Shown in pieces: positions 55,977 through 64,000 of a stretch of DNA of 64,000 nt. The notes beneath the pieces were generated by a model. The model was given only the letters and a program-made list of their open reading frames with translations. It was not told the origin of the DNA and ran no database searches. Origin of the DNA: Bryobacterales bacterium (GTDB lineage: Bacteria; Acidobacteriota; Terriglobia; Bryobacterales; Bryobacteraceae). The stretch lies in NCBI GenBank assembly GCA_016721425.1, contig JADKID010000020.1:20549-84548 (forward strand), given 5' to 3'. The position numbers and the translations under genes were made by a program. Numbering within the stretch: the first letter of the stretch is position 1; each line of letters opens with the position of its first letter.

Positions 55977-57416
55977 TTAGTTTCTCAGCTTCCGAACGGC
56001 CTGATCGATGCGGACGAGGCAAGTCTCGCGGCCCAGTACTTCCAAGGTTTCAAACAACGGCGGGGCCACCTTGCGCCCGCAAACCGCAACTCGAATCGGC
56101 TGGAACATCTGGCCCGCCTTCACGCCGAGCGCCGTGGCCTCGGCCCGAAGAACGGAGTCCAGCCCGTCATGCGTAAACTCGGCGCTCTCCAGAGCCACCC
56201 GCGCCCGCTCCAGCACGCGCAGCGCCATCGCCGCGTCGCCCTTCTGCGGCGTCAGTTCGCCCGTGTCGTAGTCCGCCAGTTCCGCCACAAAGAAGAAATC
56301 TGCCACTGTCAGAACATCGTTCAACGTCTTGATCCGCTCCTGGATCAGCGGCGTGATCTTCAGCAGCTTCTCCGGCGCAATCTCAAACCCCGCGGCGGCC
56401 ACCACCGGCGCCAGATGCGCCGCCAGTTCCTCCACCGGTAACGCGTAGATCGCCTGCGAGTTCAGCCACAGCGCCTTCGGGTCAATCGGGTCTTCCTCGC
56501 TGAAGTTCACCACCGCGTTCGAGCGGTTCACGCCCTCAAACGAAAACACCTCGATCAACTCCTGCCGCGTCATCTTCTCCCGGTCGTCCTTCGGGCTCCA
56601 GCCCAGCAGGCACAGGAAGTTCACATAGCTGTGCGGCAGAAAACCGGCGTCCTTGTAGGTCATCACCGACACCACCGGACCGTGCTTTCGCTTCGAGAGC
56701 TTCGCCCCGTCCGGCGCAATCAGCAACGGCAGATGCGCAAACAGCGGCGAATCCACGCCCAGCGCCTCAAAGATCAGAATGTGCTTGAACGTGTTCGAAA
56801 GATGATCCTGCCCGCGCACCACGTGCGAGATCCGCAGATCCGCGTCATCCACGCACGACGCGTGATGATACGTCGGCGCGCCGTTGGAGCGCAGCAAGGC
56901 AAAGTCCTCGATGTCGTCGCAAGCCTTCGATTGCGCCCCGTACACCAGATCCTCAAACTCCACCCGCCGCTCCGTCTCGCGAGGCACACGGAAGCGCAGC
57001 ACAAACGGCTCACCGGCCGCCGCCCGCCGCTCGCTCTCTTCCGCCGAAAGCGCCCGCATCTCCGGATTGCACAGCCACGCGCCCGCCTCGGAGCTCCGCT
57101 CCTCCGGCGCCGCGTTCATCGGCGTGAAGTCCCGATAAGCATAGCCGCGTGCGAAAATCTCCCAGGCTTTCACCCGGTACAGCTCCAGCCGGTCGCTCTG
57201 CTGGTAAAACTCATCCCAGCCGAGATCCAGCCAGTTGAGCCCGTTGAAAATGGAGTCCAGTGACGCCTGCGTGTTCCGCTCGACATCGGTGTCGTCGATA
57301 CGCAAGATCATGGCGCCCTTCTGCCTTCGCGCGAAGAGCCAATTGAAAATGAAAGTCCGGGCGCTGCCGATATGCAGGTAGCCCGTGGGGGAAGGAGCGA
57401 ATCGAACTCGAACCAT
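55977..57416 (-). CDS. gltX: Glutamate--tRNA ligase
   Basis: 479 aa starting [30 protein letters not shown], with KLSKRK. Its stop lies 1 nt before the glnS ATG. Confidence 0.95.
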   Translation of the reverse strand: MVRVRFAPSPTGYLHIGSARTFIFNWLFARRQKGAMILRIDDTDVERNTQASLDSIFNGLNWLDLGWDEFYQQSDRLELYRVKAWEIFARGYAYRDFTPMNAAPEERSSEAGAWLCNPEMRALSAEESERRAAAGEPFVLRFRVPRETERRVEFEDLVYGAQSKACDDIEDFALLRSNGAPTYHHASCVDDADLRISHVVRGQDHLSNTFKHILIFEALGVDSPLFAHLPLLIAPDGAKLSKRKHGPVVSVMTYKDAGFLPHSYVNFLCLLGWSPKDDREKMTRQELIEVFSFEGVNRSNAVVNFSEEDPIDPKALWLNSQAIYALPVEELAAHLAPVVAAAGFEIAPEKLLKITPLIQERIKTLNDVLTVADFFFVAELADYDTGELTPQKGDAAMALRVLERARVALESAEFTHDGLDSVLRAEATALGVKAGQMFQPIRVAVCGRKVAPPLFETLEVLGRETCLVRIDQAVRKLRN

Positions 57417-57483
57417 TAACTTACTAGTGTACCTGATGGGGCTTTCGCGGCGGATTTGCTACCCTGAAAGTTCCACTCACACC

Positions 57484-58527
57484 ATGCCTCTGTTCGGATC
57501 TCTTTATGGCCGCTGGATGAGCCGGTGGGAACAACGGCTCTGCTTCGCGGCTACCAATCGTGTTGTGCGCCCCTTCGATTGGGGCCTCGAATGGGCCAAT
57601 CACTGGCCGGTCGCCCACTCGCATCCGCGCAACGGGCACGACCCCCTCGGCTGGCTGCTCGAGCTCAGCCAGGCCGCCATCCGCGATAGCCAGGCCTTCT
57701 TCCAGCACACGGCCCCCACAGACGCCCAGCTCTCCGGCAACTTGCTCCGCTTCTCCTCCAACGTCATCACGCCCTACGCCGAAAACAACGTCGTTCATGG
57801 CCAGTGGTTCCCCGGCAAGGACCCCAAACGCGCCGTCCTCGTCCTCCCCCACTGGAATGCGCCCCACGACGCCCACAACGCCCTCGCCCGCGCCTTCCAG
57901 AAATTCGGCCCCTCCGCCCTGCGCCTCAGCCTGCCTTATCACGACTACCGCATGCCCGCCGAGCTCCAGCGCGCCGATTACGCTGTCAGCTCCAACGTCG
58001 CCCGCACCATCGACGCCACCCGCCAGGCCGTCCTCGATATCCGCGCCGCCGCCGATTGGCTCCAGACCCAGGGCGCCGAGCGCATCGCCATCGTCGGCAC
58101 CAGCCTCGGCTCCTGTCACGCCTTCCTCGCCAGCGCCCACGACGCCCGCTTCCGCGTCAACGCCTTCAACCACTGCTCCACCTACTTCGCCGACGTCGTC
58201 TGGACCGGCCTCTCCACCATCCACGTCAAACAGGGCCTCGAAGGCCGCGTCGATCTCGACGCCCTCCGCAAAATCTGGATGGCCATCAGCCCCAGCGTCT
58301 ACTTCGATCGCTACGCCGCCCACAAGAAGAAGTCACTCTTCCTCTACGCCCAGTACGACACGACCTTCCTCCCCGAGCTCTCCCGCGAGACCATCGCCAT
58401 GTGCCGCCAATACGAGCTCGATTTCAAAGAGGTGGTCCTCCCCTGCGGCCATTACACCCTGGGCGAATCCCCGTTCAAGTTCATGGACGGCTACCACCTG
58501 GTGAACTTCGTCCTCCGCAACCTCTAA
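57484..58527 (+). CDS. Alpha/beta-fold hydrolase
   Basis: I prefer the start at 57484 (MPLFGSLYGRW...); the ORF-track start at 57385 overlaps gltX. The nucleophile elbow is IVGTSLGSCHAF. Confidence 0.7.
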   Translation: MPLFGSLYGRWMSRWEQRLCFAATNRVVRPFDWGLEWANHWPVAHSHPRNGHDPLGWLLELSQAAIRDSQAFFQHTAPTDAQLSGNLLRFSSNVITPYAENNVVHGQWFPGKDPKRAVLVLPHWNAPHDAHNALARAFQKFGPSALRLSLPYHDYRMPAELQRADYAVSSNVARTIDATRQAVLDIRAAADWLQTQGAERIAIVGTSLGSCHAFLASAHDARFRVNAFNHCSTYFADVVWTGLSTIHVKQGLEGRVDLDALRKIWMAISPSVYFDRYAAHKKKSLFLYAQYDTTFLPELSRETIAMCRQYELDFKEVVLPCGHYTLGESPFKFMDGYHLVNFVLRNL

Positions 58528-58604
58528 CGCCAACTCCCCGCCTCCCCTCACTCTCCAACCCCCACCCAGCTCCCCCTCACTCTCCAACCACCTGCATTCG
58601 TGGG

Positions 58605-58643
58605 GCGGGCCCCCCGGCCCGCAGCGACACCCCCTGGTGTCGC
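58605..58643. terminator. Two adjacent perfect GC-rich hairpins in a convergent intergenic region (bidirectional terminator or REP-like element)
   Basis: The first hairpin is GCGGGCC-CCCC-GGCCCGC (58605..58622). The second is GCGACACC-CCCT-GGTGTCGC (58624..58643). Confidence 0.5.
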
Positions 58644-58733
58644 GAGCTCCCCAACTGCCGCCGCAACATCGCATACACACGGCCTCCGCCATTCCACCCA
58701 ATCTCCAGACAGATTCCCGCTTCCGGAACCCCG

Positions 58734-59756
58734 TTAAGCCAACGTCTCCGCCCCTACCCGCACCAGCACTTTCCCCTGATTCGCCCCCGAAAACAGCTTC
58801 AGCAGCGCCGCCGGAGCCAGTTCCAGCCCCTCCGACACATCCAGCCGGTACTTCAACCGCCCGGCCAGGTGCCACCCGATCAGCTTTTCCGCCGCCTCCT
58901 GAGCCCGCCCCCAGTAATCCGACACGATGAACCCCTGCATCCGCCCCCGGCGTATCAACAGATTCGCCAGATTCGCCGGTCCCGGCTCCGGCCCAGTGGC
59001 GTTGTATTGCGAGATCATCCCGCATAGCGCAATCCGCGCCCCCAGATTGATCCGCCCCAGAACAGCCTCCAGCGTCCGCCCGCCCACGTTCTCAAAATCC
59101 ACGTCGATCCCCTCCGGACACGTCCGCCGGAGCCCCGCCGCCACGTCCTCCGCCTTGTAGTCGATCACCGCATCCGCGCCCAGCTCCTCCAGTAACCACC
59201 GGCACTTCTCCGCGCCCCCTGCAATCGCCACCACGCGCAGCCCCAGATTCTTCCCGATCTGCACCGCCAGCGAGCCCACCGCGCCCGCCGCCGCCGATAC
59301 CACCAGCGTCTCCCCCTCCTTCGCCTGCGCCACCTCCGTCAGCCCAAAGTACGCCGTCAACCCGATGTGCCCCAGCAGCCCGAAATGCGCGCTCAGCGGC
59401 AGGGGAATCGGAGGCATCTTCGCCAATCCCTTAGCCGGACCCGTGTAGTATCGCTGCCAGCCCAGCAGCCCCTGCACAATGTCGCCCGCCTGCAACGAGG
59501 CGTCGCGCGACTCCTCCACCTGCCCGATGCACCCGCCCCGCATCACCGACCCCAACGCCAGCTTCGGCAGATAGCTGTCCGCGTCGTTCATCCAGATCCG
59601 GTTGGTCGGGTCGATCGAGAGCCAGATGCTCCGCACCCGCACTTCGCCCTCCGCCAGAGCCGGCAGCGCGGACTCCCGCCACTCGAAGTTCTCAGCGCTG
59701 GGCAAACCCGCGGGACGCGATACCAGATGCCAGGCGGCGTTCATTGTGGTGCTCAT
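58734..59756 (-). CDS. NADP-dependent oxidoreductase, medium-chain dehydrogenase/reductase family (YncB/PTGR1-like)
   Basis: I prefer the start at 59756 ([26 protein letters not shown]). The cofactor block is [37 protein letters not shown]. Confidence 0.85.
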   Translation of the reverse strand: MSTTMNAAWHLVSRPAGLPSAENFEWRESALPALAEGEVRVRSIWLSIDPTNRIWMNDADSYLPKLALGSVMRGGCIGQVEESRDASLQAGDIVQGLLGWQRYYTGPAKGLAKMPPIPLPLSAHFGLLGHIGLTAYFGLTEVAQAKEGETLVVSAAAGAVGSLAVQIGKNLGLRVVAIAGGAEKCRWLLEELGADAVIDYKAEDVAAGLRRTCPEGIDVDFENVGGRTLEAVLGRINLGARIALCGMISQYNATGPEPGPANLANLLIRRGRMQGFIVSDYWGRAQEAAEKLIGWHLAGRLKYRLDVSEGLELAPAALLKLFSGANQGKVLVRVGAETLA

Positions 59757-59846
59757 GGAGTCTTCAGTGTAAACCCGTGCGCCAGCCTCCGATTTCTCTT
59801 GCCAAGGCGGTATCAATGTGATATCACTTTAATAGCGGAGGTTTTG

Positions 59847-60731
59847 ATGTTGAAAGAGAAAGTCATCACAGCCATGTCGGGTATCCCGATGTTGCTGTTC
59901 ACCCTGGCCATGCTGGTGCTGCCCGTCGTGGGTATCGTCTATGCGGCCAAAACCGCCGAATACGGCCAGAAACCCGTTGTCGCCATCGTCGCCTGGATCC
60001 TCGTCTGGGTCGTTGATATCATCTGCCTGTGCGGCTTCTTCTCCGTGCAGCCCAACAACGGCGTCGTCCTGACCCTCTTCGGACAATATGTGGGCACGGT
60101 GGTGGAACCCGGGCTCAAGTTCGCCAACCCCTTCTACACCAAGAAGGCCATCTCCAAGCGCGTCCGCAACTTCGAGACCTCCAAGCTGAAGGTCAACGAT
60201 CAGGACGGCAATCCCATCGAGATCGCGGCCGTCGTCGTCTGGAAAGTCGTCGATACCGCCGACGCGATGTTCCAGGTCGATAACTACGAAAACTACGTCC
60301 ACGTCCAAAGCGAGGCGGCCGTCCGCAACCTCGCCACGGCCTACCCCTACGACTCCCACGAGGATCACATCGTCTCCCTCCGCGGCCACACCGCCGTGGT
60401 TGCCGAGCAGCTCAAGACCGAAATTCACGACCGTCTCGCCGTCGCCGGCGTCGAGGTCATCGAGGCCCGCCTCTCCTACCTCGCATACGCCCCCGAAATC
60501 GCCGCCGCCATGCTGCGCCGGCAACAGGCCTCGGCCATCATCGCAGCCCGCCAGAAGATCGTCGAAGGCGCCGTCGGCATGGTCGAAATGGCCCTCGACG
60601 CACTGGCCGAAAAGAACGTCGTGACCCTCGATGGCGAACAGCGTGCCTCCATGGTGCAGAACCTCCTCGTGGTCCTCTGCTCCGAGTCGGCCGCCCAGCC
60701 CGTGCTCAACGCTGGCACCCTCCACCACTAA
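59847..60731 (+). CDS. SPFH/Band-7 domain membrane protein
   Basis: I chose the start at 59847 ([20 protein letters not shown]...) with a GGAG SD at 59837. Two TM helices precede the SPFH core ([24 protein letters not shown]...[26 protein letters not shown]). Confidence 0.85.
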   Translation: MLKEKVITAMSGIPMLLFTLAMLVLPVVGIVYAAKTAEYGQKPVVAIVAWILVWVVDIICLCGFFSVQPNNGVVLTLFGQYVGTVVEPGLKFANPFYTKKAISKRVRNFETSKLKVNDQDGNPIEIAAVVVWKVVDTADAMFQVDNYENYVHVQSEAAVRNLATAYPYDSHEDHIVSLRGHTAVVAEQLKTEIHDRLAVAGVEVIEARLSYLAYAPEIAAAMLRRQQASAIIAARQKIVEGAVGMVEMALDALAEKNVVTLDGEQRASMVQNLLVVLCSESAAQPVLNAGTLHH

Positions 60732-60740
60732 AGAGAAGTC

Positions 60741-60932
60741 ATGGCAGAGCGCAAGTCATTCCTGGTCCGCATCGACGGCGACGTCCTCAACGCGCTGAAA
60801 AAGTGGGCCGACGATGACTTGCGCTCCCTCAACGGCCAGATGGAGTATCTCCTTCGCAAGGCCCTCCGCGACCGCGGCCGGCTGAAAACACAAGACCCGC
60901 CGGATGACGACCAACCTCCACCGCCCGACTGA
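60741..60932 (+). CDS. Arc/MetJ-type ribbon-helix-helix small protein
   Basis: 63 aa. MAERKSFLVRIDGDVLNALKKWADDDLRSLNGQMEYLLRKALRDRG fits the beta-strand/helix/helix Arc pattern (K.F.LRI...L...A....RSLN.....LL). The C-terminal tail is acidic and Pro-rich. Confidence 0.65.
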   Translation: MAERKSFLVRIDGDVLNALKKWADDDLRSLNGQMEYLLRKALRDRGRLKTQDPPDDDQPPPPD

Positions 60933-61006
60933 CGCAGGATGCCTGCTAGACACGGCGTCATTGATCACCTGGACGTACGCCCGACCCGCACCGGCAGAGC
61001 AACCCA

Positions 61007-61058
<52 letters not shown>

Positions 61059-61375
61059 CGAGGAGACCCAAACCCGTTCAGCACCCAGCAAAAGCCCACC
61101 GGCAGCGATGGCCGCGTGATGGTTGAATTCATAGACCTCGCCCGTATCGCCACCGATGGCGCCGACAACCGCGAGGCAATGGAAGAGGCCATCGGGTTGT
61201 GTTCCGGGGGAGGAGATCCCAACCCTAGGCGGGGCGCGGTCCCGGCCACCGGCTCGCCGAAACTCGCCCACCTCGATGCGCGAGCAACCAGTCGACAACT
61301 CCGAGCTGGGCCGAAACCGCCGCGGCCCCCCCCGCCACTGGTAACCACCACCCCAGACCCACTAGAATAAGGCCC

Positions 61376-63721
61376 ATGCAGGATTACGAGAAGCTCGGCG
61401 CATTCTACCTCGGCCGCCTCAAGGACTCCCCCGATACCCTCCTCTACGACAGCAAGGATCTCGTCACCCACGCCGTCTGCGTCGGCATGACGGGCTCCGG
61501 TAAAACCGGCCTCTGCCTCGGGCTCCTCGAAGAGGCCGCCATCGACGGCATCCCCGCCATCGTCATCGATCCCAAGGGCGATCTCGCCAACCTCCTGCTC
61601 ACCTTCCCCAACCTCGCCCCCGCCGATTTCGAGCCCTGGGTTAACTCCGACGAGGCCCGCAACAAAGGCCTCTCCGTCCCCGATTTCGCCGCCGCCGAGT
61701 CCGCCAAATGGCAAAAAGGCCTCGCCCAGTGGGATCAGGACGGAGCCCGTATCGCGCGCATGCGCGCCGCCTGTGACCTCGCCGTCTACACCCCCGGCTC
61801 CGACGCCGGCATCCCCGTCTCCATCATGAAGTCGTTCGCGGCCCCCGACGCCAAGATCCTAGCCGATCGCGAAGCCCTCCGCGATCGCATCGCCGCCACC
61901 GCCACCTCGCTCCTCTCCCTTGCCGGCATCGATGCCGATCCCGTCCAGTCCCGCGAGCACATCCTCCTCTCCACCATCCTCGATACCGCTTGGCGCGCCG
62001 GCGCCGATCTCGATCTCGCCGCCATTATCGCCCAGGTTCAGAAACCCGCCTTCACCAAGGTGGGCGTCATGGATCTCGATTCCTTCTACCCCGCCAAGGA
62101 TCGCTTCGGCCTCGCCATGGCCCTCAATAACCTCCTCGCCTCCCCCGGCTTCGAGGCCTGGCTCACCGGCGACGCCCTCGACATCGATGCCATGCTTTGG
62201 ACCCCCCAGGGCAAGCCCAAAATCTCCATCTTCTGCATCGCCCACCTCAACGACAGCGAGCGCATGTTCTTCGTCTCGCTCCTCCTCAACCAGACCCTCA
62301 GCTGGGTCCGCGCCCAGAGCGGCACCTCGTCCCTTCGCGCCATTCTCTACATGGACGAGATCTTCGGCTACTTCCCCCCCGTCGCCAATCCCCCGTCCAA
62401 GAAACCCCTGCTCACTCTCCTGAAACAGGCCCGCGCCTTCGGCCTCGGCGTCGTCCTCGCCACCCAGAACCCCGTCGATCTCGATTACAAAGGCCTCGCC
62501 AATACCGGCACCTGGTTCATCGGCCGCCTCCAGACCGAGCGCGACAAAGCCCGCGTCCTGGAAGGCTTGGAGGGCGCGGTATCAGCCGCCGGCGGCAAGT
62601 TCGACCGCAACGAGATGGAGCAGATCCTCGCCGGCCTCGGCAACCGCATCTTCCTCATGAACAACGTCCATGAGGATCGCCCCGTCCTCTTCCAGACCCG
62701 CTGGACCCTCTCCTACCTCCGCGGCCCCATGGCCCGCCCGGAAATCCAGCGCCTCATGGCCGCCCGCAAGAGCGAATCGCCCGCAGGCTCCGCCGCCGAG
62801 GAAGCCCCCGCCTCCGCCGCGGCATCGGACGGATCCTCCGCCGCCCCCATCCTCCCCGCCGAGATCACCCAGCTCTTCGCCCCCCTCACCGGTTCGGTCC
62901 TCCAATACGAGCCCAAGGTCCTCGGAGCCGCCCAGATCCACTTCGCCGACCCCAAGCTCGGCATCGACGCCGTCCGCGACGCCGTCTACGTCTGCCCCAT
63001 CACCGACGCCGCCGTCCCCGTCGATTGGACCCAGGCCGAAGAGTGCGATACCGCCCTCAGCGACTTCGAGAAAACACCCACCGACGGCGCCACCTTCACC
63101 GAGCCCGCGTCCCCCGCCGCCAAGGCCAAAAACTACGCCGTCTGGCAGAAGTCCTTCGGCACCTGGCTCTACCAGACCCAGTCCCTCGAACTCCTCCGCA
63201 GCCCAGTCACTGGCGAAGTCTCCAGAATGGGCGAGAACGAGCGCGACTTCCGCCTCCGCACCGAGCACGCCGCCCGCGAGGCCCGCGACGAACAGGTCGA
63301 GCGCCTCCGCGGCAAATACCAGCCCAAGCTCCAGACCCTCAACGACCGCCTCCAGCGCGCCCACGCCAAGCTCGAACAGGAAAAGCAGCAGGCCTCCTCC
63401 CAGACCCTGCAATCGGTCATCTCCATCGGGTCATCGCTCTTAGGCGCCTTCATGGGCCGCAAAACCATCAGCGCCGCCAACATCAACCGCATCGGCACCG
63501 CCGCCCGCTCGGCGAGCCGCATCGGCAAGGAGCGCGGCGACGTCGGCCTGGCCGAGGAAACCGTCGAGAGCCTCCAGCAGCAGATCCAGGACCTCAGCGC
63601 GGAGCTAGAGCAGGAAATCGCCACCATCCCCGCCCCCGCCCAGGAAGCCCTGGAAACCATCACCGTCAAGGCCAAAAAAACCAACATCACCGTCCAGTTG
63701 GTAGCCTTGGCCTGGGTCTAA
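61376..63721 (+). CDS. HerA/FtsK-like P-loop NTPase (DUF87/DUF853-like) with a long coiled-coil C-terminal extension
   Basis: 781 aa with Walker A VGMTGSGKTGL followed by IVIDPKGDLANL. It has the Walker B-like ILYMDEIFGYF and VVLATQNPVDLDYKGLANTGTWFIGRL. The C-terminal ~300 aa are Ala/Glu/Gln-rich and helical. Confidence 0.75.
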   Translation: MQDYEKLGAFYLGRLKDSPDTLLYDSKDLVTHAVCVGMTGSGKTGLCLGLLEEAAIDGIPAIVIDPKGDLANLLLTFPNLAPADFEPWVNSDEARNKGLSVPDFAAAESAKWQKGLAQWDQDGARIARMRAACDLAVYTPGSDAGIPVSIMKSFAAPDAKILADREALRDRIAATATSLLSLAGIDADPVQSREHILLSTILDTAWRAGADLDLAAIIAQVQKPAFTKVGVMDLDSFYPAKDRFGLAMALNNLLASPGFEAWLTGDALDIDAMLWTPQGKPKISIFCIAHLNDSERMFFVSLLLNQTLSWVRAQSGTSSLRAILYMDEIFGYFPPVANPPSKKPLLTLLKQARAFGLGVVLATQNPVDLDYKGLANTGTWFIGRLQTERDKARVLEGLEGAVSAAGGKFDRNEMEQILAGLGNRIFLMNNVHEDRPVLFQTRWTLSYLRGPMARPEIQRLMAARKSESPAGSAAEEAPASAAASDGSSAAPILPAEITQLFAPLTGSVLQYEPKVLGAAQIHFADPKLGIDAVRDAVYVCPITDAAVPVDWTQAEECDTALSDFEKTPTDGATFTEPASPAAKAKNYAVWQKSFGTWLYQTQSLELLRSPVTGEVSRMGENERDFRLRTEHAAREARDEQVERLRGKYQPKLQTLNDRLQRAHAKLEQEKQQASSQTLQSVISIGSSLLGAFMGRKTISAANINRIGTAARSASRIGKERGDVGLAEETVESLQQQIQDLSAELEQEIATIPAPAQEALETITVKAKKTNITVQLVALAWV

Positions 63722-63734
63722 GTCGTCTTCCAAC

Positions 63735-63784
63735 CCCTCTTCGGAGGGCGGGCCCCCTGGCCCGCACGGGGCCTCCCGGCCCCG
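63735..63784. terminator. Cluster of three consecutive GC-rich hairpins in a convergent intergenic region
   Basis: The hairpins are CCCTC-TTCG-GAGGG (63735..63748), GCGGGCC-CCCT-GGCCCGC (63748..63765), and CGGGGCC-TCCC-GGCCCCG (63767..63784). The middle one has the same stem as the hairpin at 58605. Confidence 0.5.
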
Positions 63785-63792
63785 TCGAAACC

Positions 63793-64000
63793 CTAACGAA
63801 TCTTCGTAGTCTGGTGCGCCGCCAGCCGCCACCCCCCACCCTGCCTCACCCACAGATGCAAAATCATCAAATGATCGTCAAACGGCCCGGCGTCATTCCG
63901 CCCCGTCATCCGCGCGATGCTATGCGCCACCGCCGAATCCCCATACCGCACCACCTGCGTGCTCTCGTGCGTCACGGAATCATACCGCTGCTTCCCGCCC
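63793..64000 (-). CDS. SnoaL/DUF4440-like (NTF2-fold) protein, C-terminal part (5' end beyond the right edge)
   Basis: The stop codon is at 63793..63795. The frame stays open to the window edge and reads ...GKQRYDSVTHESTQVVRYGDSAVAHSIARMTGRNDAGPFDDHLMILHLWVRQGGGWRLAAHQTTKIR, a typical DUF4440 C-terminal pattern. Confidence 0.5.
   Translation of the reverse strand, partial: GGKQRYDSVTHESTQVVRYGDSAVAHSIARMTGRNDAGPFDDHLMILHLWVRQGGGWRLAAHQTTKIR

Noticed and set aside
57560-59027. Pro/Arg/Ser-rich ORFs 57560..58504 and 57804..59027 (plus strand) and 57424..58323 and 58333..59025 (minus strand)
   Set aside because: They are alternative frames of the alpha/beta-hydrolase and oxidoreductase genes. 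Their composition is extremely biased and they have no motifs, whereas the chosen frames carry GxSxG and Rossmann-type motifs.
61444-63690. Multiple ORFs overlapping the HerA-like gene (61920..62423, 62197..62673, 62670..63443, 62582..63412 and 63169..63690)
   Set aside because: They are shadow frames. Only the 61376..63721 frame contains the Walker A/B and family motifs.

Overview
This is a densely coding bacterial chromosomal segment that looks GC-rich by eye (above 60%, not computed). I call about 55 protein-coding genes across both strands. I found no rRNA or tRNA genes, no CRISPR array, and no transposase, integrase or phage genes. The gene content includes a BNR-propeller protein with a Solibacter-type C-terminal domain, DUF1080, a ThuA-like protein, a sulfatase, GH27, a tannase, and many secreted propeller proteins. 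That mix suggests a soil Acidobacteriota genome of the Bryobacterales/Solibacter type, but this is inference only. Housekeeping anchors are clpX-lon at the left edge, rsmI, two tandem lepB genes, manC and gltX-glnS. The main finding is a 12.7-kb head-to-tail array (about 4.5-17.2 kb) of three paralogous genes of roughly 1,380 codons each. Each encodes a secreted-looking giant protein with 14 RCC1-type blades, followed by BACON-like, CarboxypepD_reg-like and unassigned beta-sandwich modules. The central propeller blades are strongly diverged between copies. The C-terminal ~1.3 kb is kept almost identical through a patchwork of perfectly identical tracts, which is a gene-conversion signature. 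Each copy has its own hairpin plus promoter-like cassette placed for leaderless translation, and the middle copy carries a 1-nt frameshift. Other notable items are: a 47-nt uninterrupted poly(G) tract in a 443-bp intergenic gap between an SPFH/Arc-like pair and a HerA-like P-loop ATPase (either a real extreme homopolymer or an assembly artefact); a seven-gene operon with two orphan NosL-like proteins, an FtsX-type ABC transporter and His/Cys-motif membrane proteins; an ABC/HlyD/TolC export operon whose ABC gene is frameshifted inside Walker A; a frameshifted tannase; a translationally coupled trio containing an 11-cysteine 62-aa miniprotein and a PIG-L deacetylase; an internally deleted paralog remnant next to a Gly/Arg-rich secreted protein; and a recurring GC-rich hairpin motif in convergent intergenic regions. 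All function calls rest on motifs read from the supplied translations and on my own translation of the sequence. No database search was run.
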